Under the pieces are notes generated by a model. It did not search any database. It was not told the origin of the DNA and saw only the letters and a list, made by a program, of their open reading frames with translations. Position numbers and translations under genes: made by a program. From Eledone cirrhosa (lineage: Eukaryota), in the NCBI GenBank assembly GCA_964016885.1, contig OZ024740.1, forward strand, positions 1,798,001 through 1,862,000: a DNA stretch of 64,000 nucleotides, read 5' to 3'. Below, piece by piece: positions 52,644-64,000 of this stretch. How positions within the stretch are numbered: position 1 is the first letter of the stretch; each line of letters opens with the position of its first letter.

Positions 52644-55600
52644 ATGAAGATGTCGCATCTCAGAGTTGCAACACTTAATGTTGGCACTCTCAGAGGTAGA
52701 TCTGCTGAAATAGCGGAGATGCTGGAGAGAAGGCAGGTGGATGTGTGCTGCGTGCAAGAGGTGAGATGGAGAGGTGCCTCTGCGAGACTAGTCGTAGGCA
52801 AGCGTCTTAGCTATAAGCTATTCTGGGTAGGTAAGGATGATGGGTTAGGGGGAGTAGGCATTTTCCTGGCTGAGAAATGGATCAATAAGACAATAGAGGT
52901 AGTTCGAGTTAGTAATCGAATAATTAAGCTTAGATTAGTTGTAGGTAGGAGACTGCTGACAATCATCTCGGTCTATGCTCCCCAAGCAGGCCTAGGCAAA
53001 GATGAGAAAGACTGCTTTTATGAGCAACTTTTGCAAACAACCACAATGACAGAGGACGGAGACATCGTTATGCTAGCAGGAGACTTCAATGGTCATGTTG
53101 GACAGCTCCAGGATGGTTACACTGGGGTACATGGTGGGCACGGTTACGGTTCAAGAAATGAAGGAGTGAGACTTCTTGAATTTTGTGATGCGAGTACATT
53201 GACTATTTGCAACACAAACTTCCAGAAACCTGCCAATCACCTAATAACCTACAAATCTGGTGAGCACATAAGCCAGATTGACTTCCTGCTAGTTAGGCAG
53301 CGGGACAGGCAGATAGTGTCTAATACCAAGGCATACCCTGGGGAAGAATGTACCCCACAGCATAGGTTAGTTGTTAGTGATATCTCAGTAAGCAAGAGAT
53401 GGAATGAGACATATAGGAAGGTGTGGAGAAGAAAGGTCTGGAAGCTAAAAGACCTTTCACTAAAATTCAAATTTAGGAAAGCCCTTCAAGATGTATATGA
53501 CGAAAAAGAAGACGATTTAGAGACGTATGACATAGATAATAACTGGAAGTTCTTACGTGACAACTTGCTGCAGGCCACTGATGAAACCTGTGGCTGGAGC
53601 AGAGCTCCAACCAGACAGAGAGTGACCTGGTGGTGGAACAGCACAGTAGATAAGGCTATTAGAGACAAAAGACTAGCATGGAAGGCTTGGAAAAAGGGTG
53701 GGAGTAGGGAAGAATATACAGCCACTAAGAGAGAAGCTAGACGTCAGGTGTACTTAGCAACCAGGGAGGCAGAGAGTAGGAGGTTTGCCAATGTTCTGCG
53801 ACGGGAAGATCAGAGGCGTGCGGTGTTCCACATTGCAAGGCAGTGTGTCAATACAAATCAGGATGTTGTTGGAGATAAATGTGTCCAGGATGATGCCGGT
53901 GTACTTAGTGTCACGAATGACCAGAAAAATGAGGCCTGGAAATGTCATTATGAGAGACTGATGAATGTGGAGAACGAATGGGAGAGAGAGAAATTACCCT
54001 TGGTAGATCCGACAGAGGGACCAGCTATTGAGATTGACGAATATAGGGTCCAAGAGGCGATTAGGGAAATGAAAAATGGTAAGGCGGCCGGGCCATCGGG
54101 AATAGTTGCTGAGATGCTGAAGGCATCAGGGGACGTAGGCACTAAACTGGTTGCACGCATCATCAATCAGGCTATATATGGTGGTGTCATACCCAAAGAC
54201 TGGTGCAGCAGTATTCTCATAAATTGCTACAAAGGTAAAGGGGATGCTTTGGAGAGGAGCAATTATAGGGGTATAAAACTGATAGATCAGGTTATGAAAG
54301 TGGCAGAAAGGATTTTAGCACAACTAATTAGAGAAAGGGTCAAACTAGATGAGATGCAGTTTGGTTTTGTGCCTGAGAAGAGTACAACAGATGCCCTCTT
54401 CTTGGTGAGACAAATGCAAGAGAGGTTCTTAGAGAAGAATAAGCCACTATACTTAGCCTTTGTTGACCTAGAGAAGGCCTTTGATAGGGTACCCCGATCT
54501 GTCATCTGGTGGTCCCTAAGGAAGCTAGGTGTTGAGGAATGGCTTGTGAGGACAGTGCAAACTTTGTACAGAGGTACTCTCAGTAAAGTCAGGGTAGGAA
54601 TGGAGTTTAGTGAGGAATTCCAGATACAAGTAGGAGTACATCAGGGTTCGGTCCTCAGCCCACTCTTGTTCATTATAGTCCTCCAAGCCATAACAGAGGA
54701 GTTTAAGACTGGCTGTCCATGGGAACTTCTCTATGCTGACGATCTGGCTCTTATAGCAGAATCAGTAGAGGAGCTAGAGAATAAATTCCGGCTATGGAAA
54801 CAGCAGTTGGAAGCAAGAGGACTGAGAGTAAATCTAGCTAAGACAAAAGTGTTGATGAGTAGAAAAGAGGACAAAACCCTGATTCCGTCAGGGAAATGGC
54901 CATGTTCGATATGCAGAAAAGGAACTGGCATAAATTCTATAAAATGCACACAATGCAGGTCCTGGGTACACAAGAGATGTAGCGGGATAGCAGGCAAACT
55001 AACAGGTAGGGAGAAATATGTATGCAGTAGATGTACAGGGAAATTAGACAGTAGAAGTCGCACTGATAGACACATTTTTCAAATGCGAGAGGGCGCTATA
55101 GAAGTGGTGGATAGCTTCCGGTACCTAGGAGATCAGATTAGCATGGGAGGAGGGTGTTCCGAGGCCATAGTATCTAGAATAAGGACGGGTTGGAAGAAGT
55201 TTAGGGAGCTGCTTCCTCTGTTGACGAAGAAGGGTTTCTCCCTGCGTACGAAAGGCTGGTTGTATGATGCCTGCGTGAGGAGCGCGATGCTGCATGGTAG
55301 TGAGACATGGGCAGCAACCGCAGAGGATATGCGACGGCTGGAGAGAAATGAGGCAAGCATGCTCCGTTGGATGTGCAGTGTAAATGTGCGTGAACGACCC
55401 AGCATAAATGTGTTGAGAGAGAAACTGTGTCTGAGAGGGATAGAATGTAGTGTACGGGAGAGGAGACTGAGGTGGTATGGACATGTGATGCGCATGGAGG
55501 ATGACCGATGGGTGAAGAAGTGCCAGGAAATGCCAGTTGAAGGAAGACGTGGTAGAGGTAGACCACGAAAAACATGGGCGGAGGTGGTGAGAACAGACCT

Positions 55601-55709
55601 CAGATCATTGAAGCTCACGGTAGAGATGACGAGGGACCGTGACGAGTGGAGAGATGCTGTGCTGAATAAGACCCGTCCCACCCTTGCAAGCAGGGAAAAG
55701 CGGACGTAA
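52644..55709 (+). CDS. RTE LINE (family A) polyprotein: APE endonuclease, reverse transcriptase, C4HC3 PHD-like finger
   Basis: Uninterrupted 1021-aa ORF with [36 protein letters not shown]; followed directly by an (ATG)n tail to about 55722. Confidence 0.95.
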   Translation: MKMSHLRVATLNVGTLRGRSAEIAEMLERRQVDVCCVQEVRWRGASARLVVGKRLSYKLFWVGKDDGLGGVGIFLAEKWINKTIEVVRVSNRIIKLRLVVGRRLLTIISVYAPQAGLGKDEKDCFYEQLLQTTTMTEDGDIVMLAGDFNGHVGQLQDGYTGVHGGHGYGSRNEGVRLLEFCDASTLTICNTNFQKPANHLITYKSGEHISQIDFLLVRQRDRQIVSNTKAYPGEECTPQHRLVVSDISVSKRWNETYRKVWRRKVWKLKDLSLKFKFRKALQDVYDEKEDDLETYDIDNNWKFLRDNLLQATDETCGWSRAPTRQRVTWWWNSTVDKAIRDKRLAWKAWKKGGSREEYTATKREARRQVYLATREAESRRFANVLRREDQRRAVFHIARQCVNTNQDVVGDKCVQDDAGVLSVTNDQKNEAWKCHYERLMNVENEWEREKLPLVDPTEGPAIEIDEYRVQEAIREMKNGKAAGPSGIVAEMLKASGDVGTKLVARIINQAIYGGVIPKDWCSSILINCYKGKGDALERSNYRGIKLIDQVMKVAERILAQLIRERVKLDEMQFGFVPEKSTTDALFLVRQMQERFLEKNKPLYLAFVDLEKAFDRVPRSVIWWSLRKLGVEEWLVRTVQTLYRGTLSKVRVGMEFSEEFQIQVGVHQGSVLSPLLFIIVLQAITEEFKTGCPWELLYADDLALIAESVEELENKFRLWKQQLEARGLRVNLAKTKVLMSRKEDKTLIPSGKWPCSICRKGTGINSIKCTQCRSWVHKRCSGIAGKLTGREKYVCSRCTGKLDSRSRTDRHIFQMREGAIEVVDSFRYLGDQISMGGGCSEAIVSRIRTGWKKFRELLPLLTKKGFSLRTKGWLYDACVRSAMLHGSETWAATAEDMRRLERNEASMLRWMCSVNVRERPSINVLREKLCLRGIECSVRERRLRWYGHVMRMEDDRWVKKCQEMPVEGRRGRGRPRKTWAEVVRTDLRSLKLTVEMTRDRDEWRDAVLNKTRPTLASREKRT

Positions 55710-55735
55710 AATGATGATGATGATATATATATATA

Positions 55736-55786
<51 letters not shown>

Positions 55787-55844
55787 TTATATATATATAT
55801 ATATATACTTATATATATATATATATATACTTATATATATATAT

Positions 55845-56530
55845 TTCGTTTCTGAATTTGTTTAGAAAGATTCTTTATCTGAAATCGTGTGTTGAAACCG
55901 ATATTGTTATACTTTGGGAGGGTCATGTTGCCAATAAGAAACACATGCACCAGTTGCTTTCACTTCAATTTATTATTATAAATTTATAAATTTCTGGTTG
56001 GTTGGTTGGTTCCACAACCATTTAGTTGTTTATATATTGTCATAGTTCTTTCGTCACACACTCTGTGATCTCTTCAGTGACTGGATATGAGTGGAACAGC
56101 AACATCACAACTTACAATTAAGGACAAAATGAAAACACACACACACATAGAACAAACAACCAACCAATAACATGTAAATAAACAAATAAATAAATGAACA
56201 TAAACATACACAGACACCCGGATGTGGTGCATGCGCAGACTGAGCACACAACACACACACAGAAACAAAATGGCGTAGGACAGAACAAAGGAGAGGCACA
56301 AAAAACAAACAAAAAAAAAACTTAAAAAAAGAAAAGAATCCCCAGTCACTGAAGAGGTCACAGAGTGTGTGACGAAAGAACTATGACTATATAAACAACT
56401 ATCTGGTTGTGGAACCAACCAACCAACCAGAAATTTATAAATTTATAAATTTATTATAATAAATTGAAGTGAAAGCAACTGGTGCGTGTGTTTCTTATTG
56501 GCAACATGACCCTCCCAAAGTATAACAATA
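55845..56530. mobile_element. Penelope-like pseudo-LTR pair in inverted arrangement (55845-56084 minus, 56085-56530 plus)
   Basis: Both halves are homologous to 44100-44608, and each has the hammerhead motif. Confidence 0.87.
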
Positions 56531-56559
56531 TATAACTTATATATATATATATATATATA

Positions 56560-56612
<53 letters not shown>

Positions 56613-56633
56613 TTATATATATATATATATACT

Positions 56634-56701
<68 letters not shown>

Positions 56702-56743
56702 AATATATATACATACATTATATATACATATATATATACATAG

Positions 56744-57197
56744 CAGATACTCCACCCTGATTACACCTTCAGATTTATGCCTGTGATTATTGGGGCACTG
56801 GGGTATGTTAGTAACTGCCTCAATACAAATCTTGAGAAGCTGGGCTTCACAGAAACAGAAAGAACACAACTAGTTAGGAAACTACAAATACAATCCATTA
56901 ATGGAACAGTAAAAATATGTAAAACATTCCAAAAATTCTGCATCTAATAACTGCATATACACATGTACAATAACTGCATATACACATGTACAAATACAAA
57001 GCATATACACATGTACAGATACAACTCAAAACATACACATCCACACATACAATAACATCCATATCGACACATGCAGACATACATACATATCTACCTAGTT
57101 GATGTTGTGTAAATTCTCATGAGAGAGTCTTGTGTCTATGTTAGAACCCGAGTCACTCTCTATTGGGAAACATTTGTGAAATTATAAAACCAGAACA
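56744..57197 (+). mobile_element. 3' fragment of an RLE-type non-LTR retrotransposon (R4/Dong-like)
   Basis: 56744-56947 translates [22 protein letters not shown]...LQIQSINGTVKICKTFQKFCI*, typical of an RLE C-terminus; followed by a UTR-like stretch; lies between TA/TACA repeats. Confidence 0.72.
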
Positions 57198-57392
57198 TAC
57201 ATATATACACACATGCATACATGCAAATATACATACACCTGTACATACGTATATACATGAATGTGTGTGCTCTCTTTCTTCCCCTCTCTCTCTCTTCCCC
57301 CTCTCTCCCCCCCTCTCTCCTCTCCCTCTCTCTCTCTCCCTCTCTTTCTCCCCCTCTCTCTCGCTTTCTCCCCCTCTCTCTCTCTTTCCCTC

Positions 57393-57435
<43 letters not shown>

Positions 57436-58096
57436 CTCTATTAATGTACGGACAAATTTATTTAGTTCTTGTAAACATCGCCTAAACTCAACGTTTAGAA
57501 CTATATACAAATTATAATTACACTTATAATATTTCTACTTATTTCCATAACAATCTTATCCACTCTGTTATCCACTTTGTTTTAATATATTGTTATCTAT
57601 AAATCATATCTATAATATTTGCTATAATTTCACTTCTTAAAATTTCTTTCACTTTAATTTTAATAATTTTTAAGTTTTGTTAAATCTTTATTTTTTATTT
57701 CTTAAATTTTTAATATATTTTCAAAATTACTTATTATTTTTTTTTTAATTTACTTATCTCATAAATTATATTTTTAAAAATTTTCCCGAATTTTTAATAT
57801 TTTTAATAAAAAATTTTAATATCTTTTATTAGATTTATAACCACTAATTCAGGCTAAATATATCTTTCAACATTTATATCTTTAAGATTTAAACTTATTT
57901 TGAAAAAATAATCTCATACTAACGAATAAATAAACAAAACTGGAGTTTTTTCCGTATTTTCCCAATTTAAAATATATAAATATAAATATTCTTATTAACT
58001 CAGTTAACTTAATTACTTACTTTAAATATAAACCAATATCCCTCATAACTCATTAAAACAATTATCTATAACACAATATACCCATCTATCCATTTA

Positions 58097-58617
58097 TCAT
58101 CATCATCATCATCATCACCGTTTTACGTCCGTTCTTCCACGCTAGCATGGGTTAGACGGGTTGTCCTGTTGTGGGCAGTGTCTGGTCGGCTGACCATGCC
58201 TTGCTCATACAGGAACTGATCTGGCTTGATTTCTACAGCTGGATGCCCTTCCTAACACCAACCTCATTTACAGTGAGTGCTGGGTGCTTTTTCGTGGCGC
58301 CTACACGTCCACTTTACAGTGTGGGCTGGGTGCTTTTTTGCCGTGGCACCTCCACGACCACCTTGCGGTGGTGGGGGGGGGGGGGGCATATTGTTTATAT
58401 GCTTCAGCATGTACCCATGGGAGGTCGGGTACCCTGTATTACTGCGTGACGCCAGAAGTCACGGTCGTGTGTCATTGACTTTGAGAGGTGTAGTTGGGTA
58501 AGGTCGGCTTTTATCACCTCATCCCAAGTCATCTTGGGTCTCCCCACTCCGCGGTTTCCATCAACTTCTAGTGCTCTGCACCTTTTTATGCAGCTGTCAT
58601 CCTTCATACGCATCACA
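58097..58617 (-). mobile_element. RTE family B 3' fragment
   Basis: Nearly identical to 39246-39767. Confidence 0.92.
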
Positions 58618-59128
58618 TTATCTATCTATTTATCTATTTTTCAATTTGTTTTTCTATCTATTTATTTTTCCATATATTTACTATCTAATTTTAGATATAT
58701 ATTTATTTTTCTATATATATCTATTTATTTTCTATCTATTTATATCAGTAAATATTATATTAAAAAGAATTTTAACAACTAAATATTCGTAAATATACGT
58801 ACCATTAGTAGATATATACTTAAAAGTGTCCCCATATTAACCTTACATGAGTTCTATTCATCCTCTTGTTAATTTTTTCTCTCTATTTCTCTCATAATAT
58901 TAATATTTTTTTGCTCTCTCTTTCTTCTCTATCTTTCTCCAGTGTCATTTAAATAAGCGGTTGTTTTTCAATTATTTACATATTCATTTGCATATTCACA
59001 CAAGTTTGAATAATCCCTAATATATTTCCACTACCCATGAATAATCCCTAATATATTTCCACTACTGAATTTCCAACCAATAAGGTACGATTTTCATGGG
59101 TACGTCTCTATTTATAAAACAAACTTTG

Positions 59129-59193
59129 TATTTTATCTGATGAAAGCGTACCAATGTTGTCTTGGTTGCCCTTGAAATATATATAATAAAATA
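59129..59193 (+). ncRNA. Minimal type-I hammerhead ribozyme motif
   Basis: tattttat-CTGATGA-aag..accaa..ttggt..ctt-GAAA-tatata-TA-ataaaata; 8-bp stem I. Confidence 0.68.
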
Positions 59194-59270
59194 AATATGG
59201 TTTTATAAATATAGTTTCCATTCATTTAATATCATTGTATATATGTATATATATATATATATATATATAC

Positions 59271-59510
59271 ATTGTTATACTTTGGGAGGGTCATGTTGCC
59301 AATAAGAAACACGTGCACCAGTTGCTTTCACTTCAATTCATTATAATAAATTTATAAATTTACAAATTTCCGGTTGGTTGGTTGGTTCCACAACCAGATG
59401 ATTGTTTATATATTGTCAAAGTTCTTTCGTCACACATTCTGTGACCTCTTCAGTGACTGGGGATTCTTTTCTTTGTTTTTGTGTCTCTCCTTTGTTCTGT
59501 CCTACGCCAT
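59271..59510 (-). mobile_element. Penelope-like pseudo-LTR fragment
   Basis: Reverse complement of about 44288-44549. Confidence 0.85.
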
Positions 59511-59536
59511 CTTATATATATATATATAAGTCCTAC

Positions 59537-59578
<42 letters not shown>

Positions 59579-60522
59579 TCAATTATTTCCCTCTATTGAT
59601 AATTTCCAATGTTGCCACACATCATTATTCCATATCATATCTTCTCTCTTCTTTCTCACCATCCAGCACACTTGTTCTTATATAAACAACACATCTCTCT
59701 TTTTAACATTGTTACAACTACTCTGGCACAGTGCCACCACTGCCACCACCTCAAACTTAAACCCTTCTCTACTGAGTTTTGCAGTCACTCACTCTCACTA
59801 ACTCTCACTCACTCATTACTTTTTTACCTTGCTCACACCCTCACTCTCTGTCTCTCCATCTCCCTGTTCCCTTATCTTCTCTAAATCCTCAATCACATTA
59901 ATCCCTTGTTAGTTTTTTAATCTGCTTTCCTTGTATTGTTAGGTTCTGTATCCCCCCCCCCCCCATCTGTTGTTGTGTAGAAGGTATCTCATTCAATTAT
60001 AGGCTTGTAGGTCACAAGTTTAAGCCTTTTGCAAACTTTGCTGTTGTTTCTGATCAGAATGCAGGCTAGAGTAAATTGGTTGACCAGTTAAACACCACCA
60101 CTTGGCCATTGAGTCCACTCTGTTGTGAACTCTACTCTGTTGTGAAGTCCATGTCGTTGTGAAGTCCACACCGTTGCGAAGCCCATGCTGTTGTGAAGTC
60201 CACGCCGTTGCGAACACTTTGAGCAGCTCTCCTGTTTAAAGATACCTTTCTCCCATCCTTTCACAGATCGTGGAATCAATAATCTTGCAATCAACTCCAC
60301 TCACCAGATATATACCACACAAGATATAGATTAAATTTAAAACCATACCCCAACCCTCCTAGCAAAACAACCAACCAGCAGCAGTTACTAATATAGGAAC
60401 AGTGGACAATATCAGCCTACAGCCATCATATTCCCTGACCTATACCTCTAATGAAACTGACCCAATATATAGATAGACACTGGTGTAAACTACACACTCA
60501 AATACCAGCACTCGTACCAATA

Positions 60523-60770
60523 CGTTGTGTCCTTGAACAAGACACTTTATTTCATGTTGCTCCAATTCACACAGCTGGAGAAATGAGTTGTGACATTGTA
60601 CCAAGCTGTATCTACCATTACCTTTCCCTTGGACAACATCGGTGGTGTGGAGAAAGGAGACTGGTATCCAAGGGTGACAGCTGGTCTTCCACAAACAACC
60701 TTGCCCAGGCTTGTACCTGGAGGGAAACTTTCTAGGTGCAAAACCATGGTCATTAGTGACCAATGGGAGC
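60523..60770 (+). mobile_element. SINE fragment
   Basis: Shares ccttga.caagacactttatttca..ttgctcca with the SINEs at 6271 and 30439 but has a different 3' body. Confidence 0.6.
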
Positions 60771-60879
60771 CTTATTTAAATAGTTAATGAGCAGTTTGAA
60801 ATGTGGTCTATATTTAACATATGGCCTGGACCTAACACCAGCTTTGAGAATCCTATATGTAAAGGGCTTGTTCTGGTAG

Positions 60880-61100
60880 TTAGGGTGTTCAACTTACAGT
60901 CATGAGTTTGATTCCTTGTTTGAGTGGTGCATTACTTCAGTACACTCAGCTGAAAATGAGTGTCAGCAATAGCTGACAGTTAATCCTGTGATAGACTGGC
61001 GTCCTATTTGGAGTGGGGTGTCTTCTACTATTAGATACTTCAAGCTAAAGAAACAAGGATAAGCACCAGGCAGGTGAGTCTCCAGGCTTGGAGCAAGAAT
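60880..61100 (+). mobile_element. Degenerate SINE, relative of 15150-15380
   Basis: Collinear similarity including the 3' ccaggcttg end. Confidence 0.6.
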
Positions 61101-61269
61101 CCTATGGAATATCATTAAGTTGTCAACTAAGTAAATCACATCTCACCTACATGCAATCCTTATTTTTTTTTACTAGCAAAATTTTCTTTTATAATTTGTG
61201 CTACTTTTTATCAAATTGCTGGCATCTCTTGTCGGATCACGATTGACCTACGGCTAAACAACAACAATT

Positions 61270-62353
61270 ATCATCATCATCATCGTCCATGTTCCACGCT
61301 TGCATGGGTTTGGACGGGAGTTTTCCCACTTGAGGCAAGAGTGGTTGTCTTGCTCGCATAGGACTGTCTGGCGGGTTTTCTACAGCTGGATGCCCTTCCT
61401 AACACCAACCACATTTACAGTGTGGGTCTGGGAGGTTTTTACCGTGTTGCCTACATGGCCACATTACAGCGTGGACTGTGTGTTTTTTTTTTTGTCGTGA
61501 CACCTACACGATCTCATTTGTTTCGGCCTGGATGTTGTGGCACCAACATAACGTTACATTGAAAGGGGTGGTGGGGGTGGGGGGTGTTTTGTTAGAGATG
61601 CCTACTGACTAGTAGGTTTTACTTTGTATTTAGGTAAGGCGGGTCTTCTCTATTACTGAGTACCGCCAAAGGTCTCGGTCCAGTGACATTGTCTTGGAGA
61701 GGTGTAAGTGTGTGAGGTCGGAATTTATCAGGTCGTCCCAGGTTTTTCTGGGTCTGCCTACTCCGTGGCTACCGTCTATTTTTATTGCCCTGCACTTTTT
61801 TATACAGCTGTCGTCTTTCATGCGCATCACGTGACCATACCAACGTAGCCTTCTCTCGACTAAACAACATCTGATCCCTCTTATTTCTAATTTTTCCCTT
61901 AGTTCATTTATGCTTTGCCGTTCACGTATATTACTATTACACATCCAGCGGAGCATGCAAGCTTCGTTCCTCTCTAGTCTGTGTATATCCTCTGCACACA
62001 ATGCCCAGGTCTCACTGCCATGCAACATTGCTGTTCGTATGCAGGCATCATACAGCCTGCCTTTCATTTTTAGGGAGAACCCTTTAGCGGCTAATAGTGG
62101 TATAAGCTCTCTGAACTTTTTCCATCCAGTTCTGACTCTAGCTACTGTACTTTCAGAGCACCCTCCCCACTGCTGATTTTGTCACCCAGGTAACGGAAGC
62201 TGTCCACTATTTCTATAGAACCCTCTGCGCAATTGAAAGAGCTAGTATTCTGTGGGCACTTGCTGCTACTTATTGCACCAGAGCACCGGCCACATGTAAA
62301 ATCTATGTTCTTAATTAGCTTACCTGTGATCCCACTACATCTTTTATGCACCC
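61270..62353 (-). mobile_element. RTE family C 3' portion, 5'-truncated
   Basis: ORFs 61630-62067 and 62142-62351, 3' UTR and (ATG)n tail; overlaps the sequence at 1-115. Confidence 0.92.
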
Positions 62354-63561
62354 AGACATGTTTTCATATCAGTTGCATTAGGGAAAACCATACAATTATA
62401 TTACAAATAATTTGTATTTCTAATATTTTCTTCTCGAAAAGGGATATTGTATGGTTTTCCCTAATGCAACTGATATGAAAACATGTCTGTCTACCAAATT
62501 TTGTAGGGTTTTCACTAATCATCATCATCGTTTAGCATGCGTTAGACGGGTTAGTCCCATTAGAGGCTCGTTGGGTCAGGTGACCGTGTCTCGCTCATAT
62601 AGGACTGTTTCTGGCTAGATTTCTACAGCTGGATGCCCTTCCTTTTTCACTGCTGGTTTGAAAATATATTGTCTGCTATCTACTAAATATTGTAGGGGTT
62701 TCACTGATGTAGCTGATATTATGACATTGGCAGTTGTCAAATCTTGACATCAGTTACTCTGTATGATATCCAATGTTTATATAGCTACAGTTTATTATAG
62801 TCTGTAATGTTGGACATCTTTTCAGTTTGGGTGATACTCAGAGTATTGTGTTAGTGGTGTTTACACCTTGGTAAGCTCTGGTCAACTAGACCTATATAAT
62901 TAAAGACATTCTAACCATGACCATCTCGTATTTACAGACAATCTCACAATGTTATCCAAAATGTCCTTTTTAAAAAAAAGATGGTTGTGTGTGGATCAAG
63001 AGTTTTGGCTGTAGTTTCTTGTAGATCAAGTAACCATGTAAAGGATCCTTCGTTGGTTTGTGTGTGTATGTGTGTGTGTGTGTGTGTGTGTGAATGTTTG
63101 TCAAATGTGGTACTTTTGTTTTAAAGTTGTGTGTGTGTCTTTATGTAATACATATTACACAGAAGCTAGTGTGTGTGTATATATGTGTGTGCGTGTGTAT
63201 GTATGTGTCTGTGTATATGTGTGTATGCCAGTCAAGCAGCTGATTGCTCTAAATACATTTCATTGTTGCTTTCTAGTTCATAACCCTTTTACAATAATGG
63301 TCCACTCCTTACTCTAATTATTTCTTGGTGCATGTATGTGTGTCTGTGTGAGTGTGTGCGTGTCTGTGAGTGTGTGTGTATCTGTGAGTGTCTGTATCTG
63401 TGTGTGTGTATCTGTATCTGTGTGTATGTGTCTCTGTGTGTGTGTGTGTGTGTGTGTGTGTCTGTGTGTGCGCCAATAAGTAAGCTGGAAATCTGAAATT
63501 TTATTTTGGTGCTTTCATTCTAATGTTCTTATTCATTTCTTTTATTTGAAATTATATCAAC

Positions 63562-63699
63562 ATTATTACCATTATCATTATTACCATTATCATTATTACC
63601 ATTATCATTATTACCATTACCATTATTACCATTATCATTATTACCATTATCATTATTACCATTACCATTATTACCATTACCATTATTACCATTATCATT
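63562..63699. repeat. (CATTAT/TAC)n microsatellite
   Basis: Directly visible. Confidence 0.9.
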
Positions 63700-64000
63700 T
63701 GCTGGGTCTTCTCTTTATTTGTATCAATATTTCCATTTTCAATTTATTTCTCTAATGGACCAGGAAATTGGTGCATCATTATAGGTGGTGGTGGTGTAGT
63801 GTGGTGGCGGTGGTGGTGGCAGTGGTGTGGTGGTGGTGTAGTGTGGTGGGGTGGTGGTGGTGATAGGTTAACATTCGACATGATATGGGAAAGAAGCGGT
63901 GGCGATAGGTTTGTGGTTGTTGGTGGTGATGTAAGGAAGAGAGACAGGCTGGAGCCTGAGAAAATAAGGATTAACAGCACCCTCAACATCTGCAGCAGTT

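Noticed and set aside
53249-55681. Antisense ORFs over LINE coding regions (here and at all RTE/CR1 copies)
   Set aside because: Shadow ORFs, recurring only because the elements are repeated.

Overview
Repeat-saturated animal genomic DNA, most likely cephalopod (Octopus-like; inferred from the SINE/RTE repertoire and microsatellite density). No host protein-coding gene could be supported. The window holds three RTE-clade LINE families (one copy with an uninterrupted 1021-aa APE-RT-PHD ORF), a CR1-group LINE, 3' fragments of an L1/Tx1-type and an RLE-type (R4/Dong-like) element, a deleted DD37D (maT) transposon, a mariner remnant, tRNA-type SINEs, and large mini/microsatellites that explain all giant low-complexity ORFs. 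Two signals are missed by the ORF track. (1) At least 13 minimal type-I hammerhead-ribozyme motifs from about 7 different sequence families, mostly in Penelope-like pseudo-LTR fragments or long fold-back repeats inside (TA)n tracts; one has a compensatory U3-A8 core. (2) A candidate programmed -1 ribosomal frameshift (overlapping A AAU UUU / U UUU UUA heptamers plus a possible pseudoknot) linking ORF1 to an ATG-less ORF2 in the CR1-group LINE. All structures and alignments were read by eye; no folding or database search was run.
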